Shown one piece after another: positions 1 through 12,499 of a stretch of DNA of 64,000 nucleotides. Source of the stretch: Pecten maximus (lineage: Eukaryota). The translations under genes and the position numbers were made by a program. The DNA lies in NCBI RefSeq assembly GCF_902652985.1, contig NC_047020.1, forward strand, positions 9,982,001 through 10,046,000. The letters are read 5' to 3'. The first letter of the stretch is position 1, and each line of letters opens with the position of its first letter. The notes beneath the pieces were generated by a model that was not told where the DNA came from, ran no database searches, and worked only from the letters and a program-made list of their open reading frames with translations.

Positions 1-563
1 AGGCTGTTAGTATACCACTTCAATAGACAGGAGAACGTCATCAACAGGCTGTTAGTATACCACTTCAATAGACAGGGGACGTCATCAACAGGCTGTTAGT
101 ATACCACTTCAATAGACAGGGGAAAGTCATCAACAGGCTGTTAGTATACCACTTCAATAGACAGTGGAACGTCATCAACAGGCTGTTAGTATACCACTTC
201 AATAGACAGTGGAACGTCATCAACAGGCTGTTAATATACCACTTCAATAGGCAGGGGACGTCATCAACAGGCTGTTAGTATACCACTTCAATAGACAGGG
301 GAACGTCATCAACAGGCTGTTAGTATACCACTTCAATAGACAGTGGAACGTCATCAACAGGCTGTTAGTATACCACTTCAATAGACAGGGGAACGTCATC
401 AACAGGCTGTTAGTATACCACTTCAATAGACAGGAGAACGTCATCAACAGGCTGTTAGTATACCACTTCAATAGACAGGGGCCGTCATCAACAGGCTGTT
501 AGTATACCACTTCAATAGACAGGGGGACGTCATCAACAGGCTGTTAGTATACCACTTCAATAG
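1..563. repeat. 45-bp minisatellite, ~12 copies, truncated by the window edge
   Basis: Unit aggctgttagtataccacttcaatagacaggggaacgtcatcaac repeats head-to-tail. ORFs 65-247 and 244-471 are its translations. Confidence 0.95.
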
Positions 564-2416
564 AATCAATACCGTGCTGATTACGACTGCCGACTTGTGC
601 ATTTATATGATGTGAGTTCGGAAGTATTTTTTTGTGATCAAGAGAAATTTTAAGTGTTAGCTTAGGGAAACATTTTCTATTCATATTGTATATATAAGAT
701 CGTGATTAAATTGTATTGTATTGGTGATTTTTTGGAGATATCTCGGAATGCTTGATTATCGGTCTCTTCACGGGAAGGGGAAGGGGAGTCCTGCGGATTG
801 GTAGGGAGGGAAGGGGAGTCGATCGGATTGGTAGGGAGGGAGAGAAAAGAGGGGATATTATGCAATTGACTTGAATTTACTGATGGGTAAAATCTTGCTG
901 TTACAACAATGTAGTTGCTCCTTATACAGTAATTTGCTATCAGTTTGTTTATAGATTACTATAATTTATGCTATTGTACTATAATTGGATAGGATATTGC
1001 CAATGAATTCCGTGTGTGATGTGTGTGCCATTTGTATATATGTAGATTCTAGTAAGTTTTTCGGCCAATCCTATTCCTGTGTCGTGTGTTCATGCAGATA
1101 ATTGTATAGTAATTAATAGGGTGTCGATCGGAGTTAAATTCCAACATGCGTACACATTGTAACCCTTCGAGTTCATTCTGAATATTTAAAATGAATAATT
1201 CATATATCATTTCTGAGGAATTATTTCTTTCATTGAAGACTGCGCGGTACAGTTTTATTACGAAAAAAAAACTTTAAAACATTTCGTTGTCATATTTGTA
1301 ATGATCTTGACGCGTGACAGACGGCAATCCTCAGGCTAAAACTCGGGAGTTGAATCATAAAATGAGCCAACTGTTTCTATGATAATGTGGTGACATGTAT
1401 GTCTGTATTGTTGAGTGTGTCGAATCTAATGTTTCGATATACATTGTATGTGTGTTTTCTATCCCACACGACGGTATTGAATAGTTGAAAACACACGACG
1501 ATGTGCCGGCCCGGGGACAGGTCGGCTTCCCCCCTAGATTCTATATATGTCTCTGTTATTTTACTTTTGCATTTTAGTGAAAACTTTTTTGTCATTATGC
1601 ATTTTTTATTATGTAATGTGAAGAAGTTTTGTACTTACAGTAAGAAGTGCCTGTTTTTTTTATCCTAAAACGGCCGCACATATAGTGATACTACAGTTAT
1701 TATATCAGCCGTTTGGTGACATAGAATCTATAATCAGCTTTGTATAAAGAGCGCGTAATTTTAGGGTGTGTCTCATTAAGCCAATGCAAATACATTTCCG
1801 GTGGGATAACTCTCGCTGAAGGTCATTGAAATCTAATGAAAACACAACGTGTGTAACACTTGGTTTCCATTATACCAGCTGCTTACCGTTTGTAATAAGG
1901 TACCTTTTTCAAACTCATCAGATACACATGATTCGTATATATTTTAACTGCATTGGTAATTTATGATGTAACCTTTGTTTTTATGTAACAACAGTATCAA
2001 GCACCAGGTATTTTTTATCGAACTCCCTTGATTTTCCCACAGTCGACTCCGATTTCACCTGGCAGTGTGTGCGGAGTGATTTGTATTGCAAATGCCACGG
2101 ACGCCTGTCTGGTTTCAGCGTTTGCAAATATTCATTATTTACTCTAGTTTACTCGTTGTTTACAATATTTGTGATTTACTTTCAACCTTTATTAGCTGCA
2201 TGTATCTTGGTTATGACCGATTTACAATTTGCTCGATGTATCATAAAGGCACAATATCATTCATTCATGTTGAAGGTTATTATCACTCTCCCTATGTTGT
2301 TTGTACGTTTTGTGTTGTCTTATAATAGCAATAGTTAAATTATCTCAATACGACCAGACCATGTTCGCTGAAGGATCTCGCTTTTTTTTCAATAGAGGTC
2401 CAGGGCAATTTCCAGC

Positions 2417-5400
2417 ATGCCTACTGATGAGAAGGGAGCCCTGAATGGACCAGTGGGAGCTGTCTCCCCTCTCCGGCAGACAGTTGATGCTAGTATTGAC
2501 TTTATAGGAGGTGTCAATGGTAATATCTGGCTGTTATTAAAGATGTGTAATATGTTTCTGATGGGAATTTTTTTACTGTTTTTGATACTTTGATAAAGTA
2601 GCTTTTAATAATCTAGTGTATGTCCAGTAAATTGTATTTCTGACAATCTAATCCTAAAACTACCTTTTGATTATTTTAGAACTGTGTGATTCGTTATAGA
2701 GTAAAACAGGCTTGGTAGCTGATATAGATTTTAAAAGTAAATTTAAATCCACAAATAGGACTGTACCTGATTAGGTGATTTATTTCAAAATCCAAACAAA
2801 TTTCAGATCACAAATGTACATTGTATCAACATTTTCTCTGCATGGTCCTTTGTTATTTATTACATATACATGAAAAAAGCGTGAACAGTGTTTTTCAAAT
2901 TCAAATTTGAATGCAAGCAAGTTTGCTACACAACGAAGATGATTTTGTATTGAAATTCACAGTCTATTTGATAAATATTGTTTTCATGAATTATCTTAAA
3001 ATTGTATAATGTGTACATTTGTATACATGTATCTCTGATAGACACTGTCTGATTGAGTCTCCTATGTATGTTTCTACATCCATGATTCAAAGAATGACCC
3101 TTGGGTCTCAAATGTATGTTTCTGATACTGTCTGATTCATATACATCCAATGATTCTATGAATGAGTCTCAAATGAGAATTTCAGTCTGATTTGTTAAAA
3201 GTCTCAAACTACTACTATTATAGAGTTTCGGATTGACTGTAGTCCAAAAAACACTTTGGCACAAAATTATGTTCACAAATGTCACCAGTGTTCTATATTT
3301 ACAGGTGGAATAGCCAATGTCATAGTAGGGCAATCCCTGGATACAGTCAAGGTGAAGATGCAGACATTCCCAGGAATGTATAAGAATGCATTTGATTGTT
3401 TTATGAAAACATTCAGACAGGACGGTATACGAGGACTTTATGCTGGTACAGTCCCAGCCATGACAGCTAATATAGCTGAGAACTCGGTTCTATTTATGTT
3501 TTATGGTCTCTGTCAAAAGGTTGTAATGAACATATCAAAGAAGAAAAGTGTAGCTGATTTAAATCCTGTGGAGAATGCTTTATCAGGGAGCGGAGCAGCT
3601 TTCTTTTGTTCCTTCAGTCTCTGTCCAACAGAACTCATCAAATGTCGTCTACAGGCCATGAGAGAGATGGCGACACATGGAAAACTGGAGGGAGGCATAG
3701 AACAAATGAAAATGTTTGTAAAGTTTGGTGTTTCTTCCATTCATCCAGTGTTGAAGCACTGTTCAAATATTAAGTCAATCAAATAGTTTAAATGAAATAT
3801 AGCAACAGAACAGTTTATCTAACAGCTTCACTAAATACAGTGATTCCAAGTTCTAAATGATTAACACTGAGATGCAATGTAAATGTCAGTATGTAGCCAC
3901 AAATCAATACTGGTAAGATTGAATTATCAAACTTATTCATAGGTATAAGTCTTTTGTTAAATATTATTTAAAAGTTGTAAAGTCTGTTTTGTCTTTCTCT
4001 GACAGTGGTCCCTGGGGAATGACAAGAGAAATTCTGAAGCAGGAAGGAATTCCAGGAATGTTCAAGGGTCTCACCAGTACCATGGCTAGGGAAATGCCTG
4101 GATATTTCTTCTTCTTTGGAGGCTATGAAATCTCTCGTCACTACCTCACACCTCCAGGCAAAACAAAAGATGAGATTGGTATGTTTGATTATATCGGGAA
4201 TATAATAATACAAAAGATATGTAGACATGGAGCAGCTTTATGGGTAACATAAAGTACAATAATGTACCTTGATAAATGACAAGTGTTATGCATGTATCTG
4301 TAAAGTCATCAGCCAAACCTTGCAAACTTATTCAATATAATGTTACATCATTTTGAAGGTCAGCTAGGAAACATCTGATACATGTATATAAGATGGTGGG
4401 AGATATTGGATATGTAAGATGGTGGGTGTGTCTGATATATAAGATGGTGGGTGTGTCTGATATGTAAGATGGTGGGTTATGTCTGATATGTAAGATGGTG
4501 GGAGATGTCTGATATGTAAGATGGTGGGAGATGTCTGATATGTAAGATGGTGGGAGATGTCTGATATGTAAGATGGTGGGTTATGTCTGATATGTAAGAT
4601 GGTGGGAGATGTCTGATATGTAAGATGGTGGGAGATGTCTGATATGTAAGATGGTGGGTGTGTCTGATATGTAAGATAATGGGTTATGTCTGATATGTAA
4701 GATGGTGGGAGATGTCTGATATGTAAGATGGTGGGTGTGTCTGATATGTAAGATGGTGGGTGTGTCTGATATGTAAGATGGTGGGAGATGTCTGATATAT
4801 AAGATGGTGGGTGATGTCTGATATGTAAGATGGTGGGAGATGTCTGATATTTAAGATGGTGGGTGTGTCTGATATGTAAGATGGTGGGTGTGTCTGATAT
4901 GTAAGATGGTGGGTGTGTCTGATATGTAAGATGGTGGGTGTGTCTGATATGTAAGATGGTGGGTGTGTCTGATATGTAAGATGGTGGGTGTGTCTGATAT
5001 GTAAGATGGTGGGTGATGCCTGATATAAGATGGTGGGTGATGTCTGATATGTAAGATGGTGGGTGATGTCTGATATGTAAGATGGTGGGTGTGTCTGATA
5101 TATAAGATGGTGGGTGTGTCTGATATGTAAGATGGTGGGTGTGTCTGATGTGTAAGAAGGCGAGAGATATGTGATGTGTGAGAGACAATTTGGTATTTAC
5201 AGGAAATGTGATGTGTAAGATGGTGAATACTATTGTGACCTGATATCAGGATTAGAATACATGAATATTTTGATAAGAAGTTTTTATTAAAAATGTTTTA
5301 AGTTCTGATTATACATATAACTAATTTGTGTTTTATTGTAGGTGTATGGCGGACAGTGGTGTCTGGAGGGATAGGAGGGGTTTGTTTATGGACCTCTATC

Positions 5401-8400
5401 TTCCCTACAGACGTGGTTAAGTCAAGGATCCAAGTACAGAGTACAGTGGGTAAAAAGGCCCCATCTTTTTATAAAACTCTCACACATATCGGAAGGACAG
5501 AAGGTAATTATTGTAACAGGTATCATGGCCCTATATAATGGAATGTTTTTGTATTATAACAGGTATCAGAGCCCTATATAATACACTGTTTTTGTATTAT
5601 AACAGGTATCATGGCCCTATATAACATTCTGTTTTCTGTATTATAACAGGTATCAGGGCTCTATATAACATTCTGTTTTTGTATTATAACAGGTATCAGG
5701 GCTCTATATAACATTCTGTTTTCTGTATTATAACAGGTATCAGGGCCCTATATAACATTCTGTTTTTGTATTATAACAGGTATCAGGGCCCTATATATAA
5801 CATTCTGTTTTTGTATTATAACAGGTATCAGGGCCCTATATAACATTCTGTTTTTGTATTATAACAGGTATCAGGGCCCTATATATAACATTCTGTTTTT
5901 GTATTATAGCAGGTATCAGGGCCCTATATATAACATTCTGTTTTTGTATTATAGCAGGTATCAGGGCCCTATATATAACATTCTGTTTTTGTATTATAAC
6001 AGGTATCAGGGCCCTATATATAACATTCTGTTTTTGTATTATAACAGGTATCAGGGTCCTTTATAACATTCTGTTTTCTGTATTATAACAGGTATCAGGG
6101 TCCAATATAACATTCTGTTTTCTGTGTTATAACAGGTATCAGGGCTCTATATAACATTCTGTTTTCTGTGTTATAACAGGTATCAGGGCTCTATATAACA
6201 TTCTGTTTTTGTATTATAACAGGTATCAGGGCCCTATATAACATTCTGTTTTTGTATTATAACAGGTATCAGGGTCCTATATAACGTTCTGTTTTTGTAT
6301 TATAACAGGTATCAGGGCCCTATATATAACATTCTGTTTTTGTATTATAACAGGTATCAGGGTCCTTTATAACATTCTGTTTTCTGTATTATAACAGGTA
6401 TCAGGGTCCAATATAACATTCTGTTTTCTGTGTTATAACAGGTATCAGGGCTCTATATAACATTCTGTTTTCTGTGTTATAACAGGTATCAGGGCTCTAT
6501 ATAACATTCTGTTTTTGTATTATAACAGGTATCAGGGCCCTATATAACATTCTGTTTTTGTATTATAACAGGTATCAGGGCCCTATATAACATTCTGTTT
6601 TCTGTATTATAACAGGTATCAGGGTCCTATATAACGTTCTGTTTTCTGTATTATAACAGGTATCAGGGCCCTATATAACATTCTGTTTTCTGTATTATAA
6701 CAGGTATCAGGGTCCTATATAACATTCTGTTTTCTGTATTATAACAGGTATCAGGGCTCTATATATAATGTTCTGTTGTTGTATTATAACAGGTATCAGG
6801 GCTCTATATAACATTCTGTTTTCTGTATTATAACAGGTATCAGGGCCCTATATAACATTCTGTTTTCTGTATTATAACAGGTATCAGGGCCCTATATAAC
6901 ATTCTGTTTTCTGTATTATAACAGGTATCAGGGTCCTATATAACATTCTGTTTTCTGTATTATAACAGGTATCAGGGCTCTATATAACATTCTGTTTTTG
7001 TATTATAACAGGTATCAGGGCCCTATATAACATTCTGTTTTTGTATTATAACAGGTATCAGGGCCCTATATAACATTCTGTTTTTGTATTATAACAGGTA
7101 TCAGGGCTCTGTATAACATTCTGTTTTTGTATTATAACAGGTATCAGGGCCCTATATAACATTCTGTTTTTGTATTATAACAGGTATCAGGGCTCTATAT
7201 AACGTTCTGTTTTTGTATTATAACAGGTATCAGGGCCCTATATAACATTCTGTTTTTGTATTATAACAGGTATCAGGGCCCTATATAACATTCTGTTTTT
7301 GTATTATAACAGGTATCAGGGCCCTATATAACATTCTGTTGTTGTATTATAACAGGTATCAGGGCCCTATATAACGTTCTGTTTTTGTATTATAACAGGT
7401 ATCAGGGCCCTATATAACATTCTGTTTTCTGTATTATAACAGGTATCAGGGCCCTATATAACATTCTGTTTTTGTATTATAACAGGTATCAGGGCTCCTA
7501 TATAACATTCTGTTTTTTGTATTATAACAGGTATCAGGGCCTATAGTAACATTCTGTTTGTTGTATTATAACAGGTATCAGGGCCCTATATAATAACATG
7601 TCTGTTTTTCTCAATGATAGCAGGTATCAGGCGTTAAATAAAGAGGGACATTCTGTTTGTGTATTATAACGGTATCAGGGCTCTATATAACATCCGGTTT
7701 TTGTATTATACACAGGTCCAGGCTCTATATAACATTCTGTTTTTGTATTTAACAGGTATCAGTGGCTCTATATAACATTCTGTTTTTTGTATTATAACAG
7801 GTATCGAAGGGCTCTATAAACATTCTTGTTTTCTTTATTATACAGTATCCGGGTCCAATATACGTTCTGTTTTGTAATTATAACAGGTATCGGGAGGGCT
7901 TCTATATAACATTCTGTTTTCTGTATTATAACAGGTATCAGGGCTCTATATAACATTCTGTTTTTGTATTATAACAGGTATCAGGGCTCTATATAACATT
8001 CTGTTTTTGTATTATAACAGGTATCAGGGCTCTATATAACATTCTGTTTTCTGTATTATAACAGGTATCAGGGTCCAATATAACGTTCTGTTTTTGTATT
8101 ATAACAGGTATCAGGGCTCTATATAACATTCTGTTTTTGTATTATAACAGGTATCAGGGCCCTATATAACGTTCTGTTTTTGTATTATAACAGGTATCAG
8201 GGCCCTATATAACATTCTGTTTCTGTATTATAACAGGTATCAGGGCCCTATATAACGTTCTGTTTTTGTATTATAACAGGTATCAGGGCTCTATATAACA
8301 TTCTGTTTTCTGTATTATAACAGGTATCAGGGCTCTATATAACATTCTGTTTTCTGTATTATAACAGGTATCAGGGCCCTATATAACATTCTGTTTTCTG

Positions 8401-9186
8401 TATTATAACAGGTATCAGGGCCCTATATAACATTCTGTTTCTGTATTATAACAGGTATCAGGGTCCTATATAACATTATGTTTCTGTATTATAACAGGTA
8501 TCAGGGTCCTATATAACATTATGTTTTTGTATTATAACAGGTATCAGGGCCCTATATAACATTCTGTTTTTGTATTATAACAGGTATCAGGGCCCTATAT
8601 AACATTATGTTTTTGTATTATAACAGGTATCAGAGCCCTATATATAACATTCTGTTTTTGTATTATAACAGGTATCAGGGCCCTATATAACGTTCTGTTT
8701 TTGTATTATAACAGGTATCAGGGCTCTATATAACATTCTGTTTTTGTATTATAACAGGTATCAGGGCCCTATATAACATTCTGTTTTTGTATTATAACAG
8801 GTATCAGAGCCCTATATAATACACTATTTTTGTATTATAATAGGTATCAGGGCTCTATATAACATTCTGTTTTTGTATTATAACAGGTATCAGGGCTCTA
8901 TATAACATTCTGTTTTTGTATTATAACAGGTATCAGGGCCCTATATAACATTCTGTTTTTGTATTATAACAGGTATCAGGGCCCTATATAACATTCTGTT
9001 TTTGTATTATAACAGGTATCAGGGCCCTATATAACATTCTGTTTTTGTATTATAACAGGTATCAGGGCTCTATATAACGGGCTAGGACCAACGATTGTTA
9101 GGACTTTTCCATCTACTGGTGCCTTGTTTCTGACATATGAGACAACAAAGAAAGTACTGACAGACCTTGCCGACCAGAATGTGTGA
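2417..9186 (+). CDS. SLC25A15: Mitochondrial ornithine transporter 1-like carrier (SLC25 family), 5 coding exons, 324 aa
   Basis: Exons 2417-2519, 3305-3713, 4006-4178, 5342-5503 and 9059-9186 have GT-AG boundaries with compatible phases and sum to 975 nt. Three carrier repeats: GQSLDTVKVKMQ, CPTELIKCRLQ, FPTDVVKSRIQ. ORNT1-typical segments: ANIAENSVLF, AREMPGYFFFFGGYE, GGVCLW, PTIVRTFP..GALFLTYE. Confidence 0.93.
4373..5157. repeat. 25/26-bp minisatellite in SLC25A15 intron 3, ~30 copies
   Basis: Alternating units gtctgatatgtaagatggtgggtgt and gtctgatatgtaagatggtgggagat. Confidence 0.95.
5510..9078 (+). repeat. 43-45-bp tandem array (~80 copies) built from the acceptor site and first ~20 nt of SLC25A15 exon 5; fills intron 4
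   Basis: Unit attctgtttttgtattataacag|GTATCAGGGC(C/T)CTATATAAC. The last copy runs directly into unique coding sequence GGGCTAGGACCA at 9079. Confidence 0.97.
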
Positions 9187-10220
9187 TGATTTGTTTTTGT
9201 TGTGTTATTTTAGTTGAAATTTTTTAACTTTGTACATTGTAAACAGGTATTTATTGAACCATACATGGCATGGAATCTAACTTGGTCATCTTTGGTTTAA
9301 AAATAAGTATAATACTATTGCTATTGCTGCAGGGCAGTGTACTACTGTGGTAAAGAGAATTGGGTAAATGGAACCATTCATAATGGAATAATACTCAGAA
9401 CTACTAGCTATAGCTAACTATTATATTGACATAATACAGAAGATAATTAAAACTTGGAAAGTCAAAGCTCTACACACAAAAATGACGTTATGCACTTAAT
9501 GTTTTAGAGTGAGTTCTGAATTAAAGGTCATTGATTGATTAGCATAATGAAGAAGCAGGGCTTCCAGTAGACCTTTGAGAGTGTTTTTAGGAACAAGTCT
9601 ATTGGACATATGTTTTGAACATTCAGATTTCTGAGAAATAGTCATTTGACTTCTGATATTGCTAAAAATCAAGAGTTAGCAGGGTGCCTTGATGTGGTGT
9701 TATAATATTGAGTTAATGCTGTTCCATCATTAATTGTACAGAAGTGTCGATTGTGAATTGCTTACAGTAATAAGCCAGAGCTTTTATCCAAAGGTTTCTG
9801 ATATTTTATCCGCCTTTTGAATATATTATAAAATATGACACAATGTATCGGACACTATCATTTTTTTAAATGTTGATAAAACATTAGAAACCTTCGGATT
9901 ATTGGGGATTTAAAGTGTCACCTAGAGTTTTATTCAATGTATTCTTTAAAATCACTAATCTAATATTTGTGCCAAATGTTGTAGATTGATAGTGAATTTT
10001 AGATTGTAGAAATAGAATATTAATTACACGTCATATTTCCATTTCTCCAAAATCATTTATTGATATTAGATAACCCCAGTGTGTGAGAGGATTGGTATTA
10101 ATCACATTCCATCATGGAAGATTATGGCTGTTACATGTACAGAGGACTTTGTTAATGTTTGTATGACAGAATTCAATACCACGGAAATTTTATATTTTTA
10201 TGGCCAATGTCAGGAGATGT

Positions 10221-10872
10221 GGTCCCCTTATAGTAAACAGGTTGTGTGTCTGTCTGTCTGTCCGTCCGTCCGTCCGTCCTTCAATCTGTCCATCTGCTGT
10301 CACTCTGTTTCTTTGTCTGTCCTTCCCTCATTCTGTCTGTTTTTTCGTTTCTGATAAAGTTTTACGTTTTGCTTTGCCAATTACACTCAGACTCTATCCA
10401 ATGCTTCCTCAAAAGAATGTGCTTGTTTTTGGATAGCTTGTTTGGCCAGTTAGGTTAAAGGGCAAGGTTAATGGTACCATACCAAGTAAATAAAAAAAAA
10501 GTTTATGCATAATAATTCAAGTTCTGTTGAGCCGATTGCACTCAGACTTCACCAAGTGTTTCCTTGGAGAAATAGCTTGCTCAGGATAGCTTTCCAGGCT
10601 CTAGGTCGAAGGTTAGATTTGGGTGGTCATTATTCAATGTTAAATGGTCAAAGTACCATGCTTTTCCACTTTTGATATAAAAAGTTTGTACAAAATATCC
10701 TAAGAACTCTTTTAAATAATTGAATTCTCCATGATATGATATCAAAAATTGTATAAATGTGTTATTTGTATCAGCAGCAATTTAATAGCAATGTAACACT
10801 TAAGTGTTGCTCAGGTTTTAGACACACAGGTTATAGGACCCTTCCTGACATGTCCGTTCTCTACTGACTAGT
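10221..10872 (+). mobile_element. Degenerate Helentron-associated (HINE/DINE-1-like) non-autonomous element
   Basis: (GTCT)n/(GTCC)n microsatellite at 10247-10280 follows ggtcccctata, with a distant partly complementary ataggaccc near 10833. The layout resembles bivalve HINEs; boundaries are uncertain. Confidence 0.4.
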
Positions 10873-11292
10873 TTGTCTATATCAAAAAATGAAATTGTCT
10901 GTTGAAAAACAAAATATTCATTGAAAAATCGTGTCAGGTCTTGTGTGACACTGTGGACAATGAAGTGACCAAGTTTTGTGTGAAACAATTTCTGGATGAA
11001 AGCAGTATATCATTTTCGTTCTTGTTATTGAAATATTTCATCTGATTGCTTTTGTTCTCAGAGGTGTACCTGAAAACACAATCTGATCTCTAAATGTATA
11101 GGTCAGTGTTTTTTCACTTAATCTTTTAATCACATTTTGTTAAAATATTGATAATTTTGTGTTTATGTAAGGCTATTTAGCTTGTTAACAGAAATTATTG
11201 ATACATTCCAAAAAATCTCTGGTTGAATAATTCTACTCGACTTCAGTACCTGAATATTAGAACACAATCCTATAAGAGATCCGCATCCTTCC

Positions 11293-11913
11293 TGGAGAAG
11301 TCATTAACTTTGTGGGGGAGTTAGGGAGTTATAAACTTCCCAGAGGAGTTATAAACTTCCCAGAGGAGTCAATAACTTCCCAGAGGAGTTATAAACTTCC
11401 CAGAGGAGTTATAAACTTCCCAGAGGAGTTATAAACTTCCCAGAGGAGTCATTAACTTCCTGGAGGAGTCGATAACTTCCCGGAGGAGTCAATAACTTCC
11501 CGGAGGAGTCATTAACTTCCCGGAGGAGTCAATAACTTCCTGGAAGAGTCATTAACTTCCTGGATGAGTCATTAACTTCCTGGAGGAGTTATTAACTTCC
11601 TGGAAGAGTCATTAACTTCCTGGAGGAGTCATTAACTTCCTGGAGGAGTCATTAACTTCCTGGAGGAGTCAATAACTTCCCGGAGGAGTCATTAACTTCC
11701 TGGAGGAATCGATAACTTCCTGGAGGAGTAGAGGAGTCATTAACTTCCTGGAGGAGTCGATAACTTCCTGGAGGAGTAGAGGAGTCATTAACTTCCTGGA
11801 GGAGTCGATAACTTCCTGGAGGAGTAGAGGAGTCATTAACTTCCTGGAGGAGTCGATAACTTCCTGGAGGAGTTTTTAACTTCCTGGAGGAGTAGAGGAG
11901 TCATTAACTTCCT
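11293..11913. repeat. 20/21-bp minisatellite, ~30 copies
   Basis: Unit tggaggagtcattaacttcc with variants. Distal copies form a higher-order pattern with an extra gtagagga. Confidence 0.93.
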
Positions 11914-12499
11914 GTTACTATATGTTGTTGGGATGTTGTAAGGTAAAACTTAGGTTGACACCAGAAATAGACTTTGGGTTGATTTGGAACTTAAGATATA
12001 GAAAATTATTCTCCTTTTAAGTAAGTTTAAGGAACTGATCGAGTGTTGTTGGTATAAAGTTATGTACTGGTTAATGTTTTATTATGTAGTTATACAGGTA
12101 AAGTTTTATTCAGCATGCTTATACTTACTATGCTTTCTTATTAATGTTTGGATGTTTTTGTCATTTTGATTATGTGAAGTCATACTTATGTGCTTAGCAA
12201 GCAAAAGCCCTTGTATTTTGTTGATGTGCTGCTTTGCAAACCACATTTTATATCTTGTTACATTTTATAAATTTTGTCTGATGACCATATTTGTCATATC
12301 AACAACAGTTAAGATAATATCCATCATGTCCTTCACAGCACAGTGAATACTGGAACATTAAGCCTTTCTCCCAATAGATAATACAAAATAATAATAAACA
12401 TATACATAGATACTGCATCCTTCTGATTCTAGTAACAATATAATTAGTGATGAATGGCATGTATGGAATAACATCATTGTAGTAGTGATCCTGACTAGA

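Noticed and set aside
771-842. G-rich 33-bp duplication (possible G-quadruplex)
   Set aside because: Only two copies and no functional context.
4364-5188. 274-aa His/Pro-rich ORF, with GTAAGA donor-like sites in the repeat
   Set aside because: It is the antisense translation of an intronic 25/26-bp minisatellite, and the unit is not derived from either flanking exon.
5504-9058. De novo intron gain by AGGT tandem duplication
   Set aside because: The unit includes clearly intronic pyrimidine tract, so an intron pre-existed. I recall vertebrate SLC25A15 having an intron at about this position but cannot confirm it.
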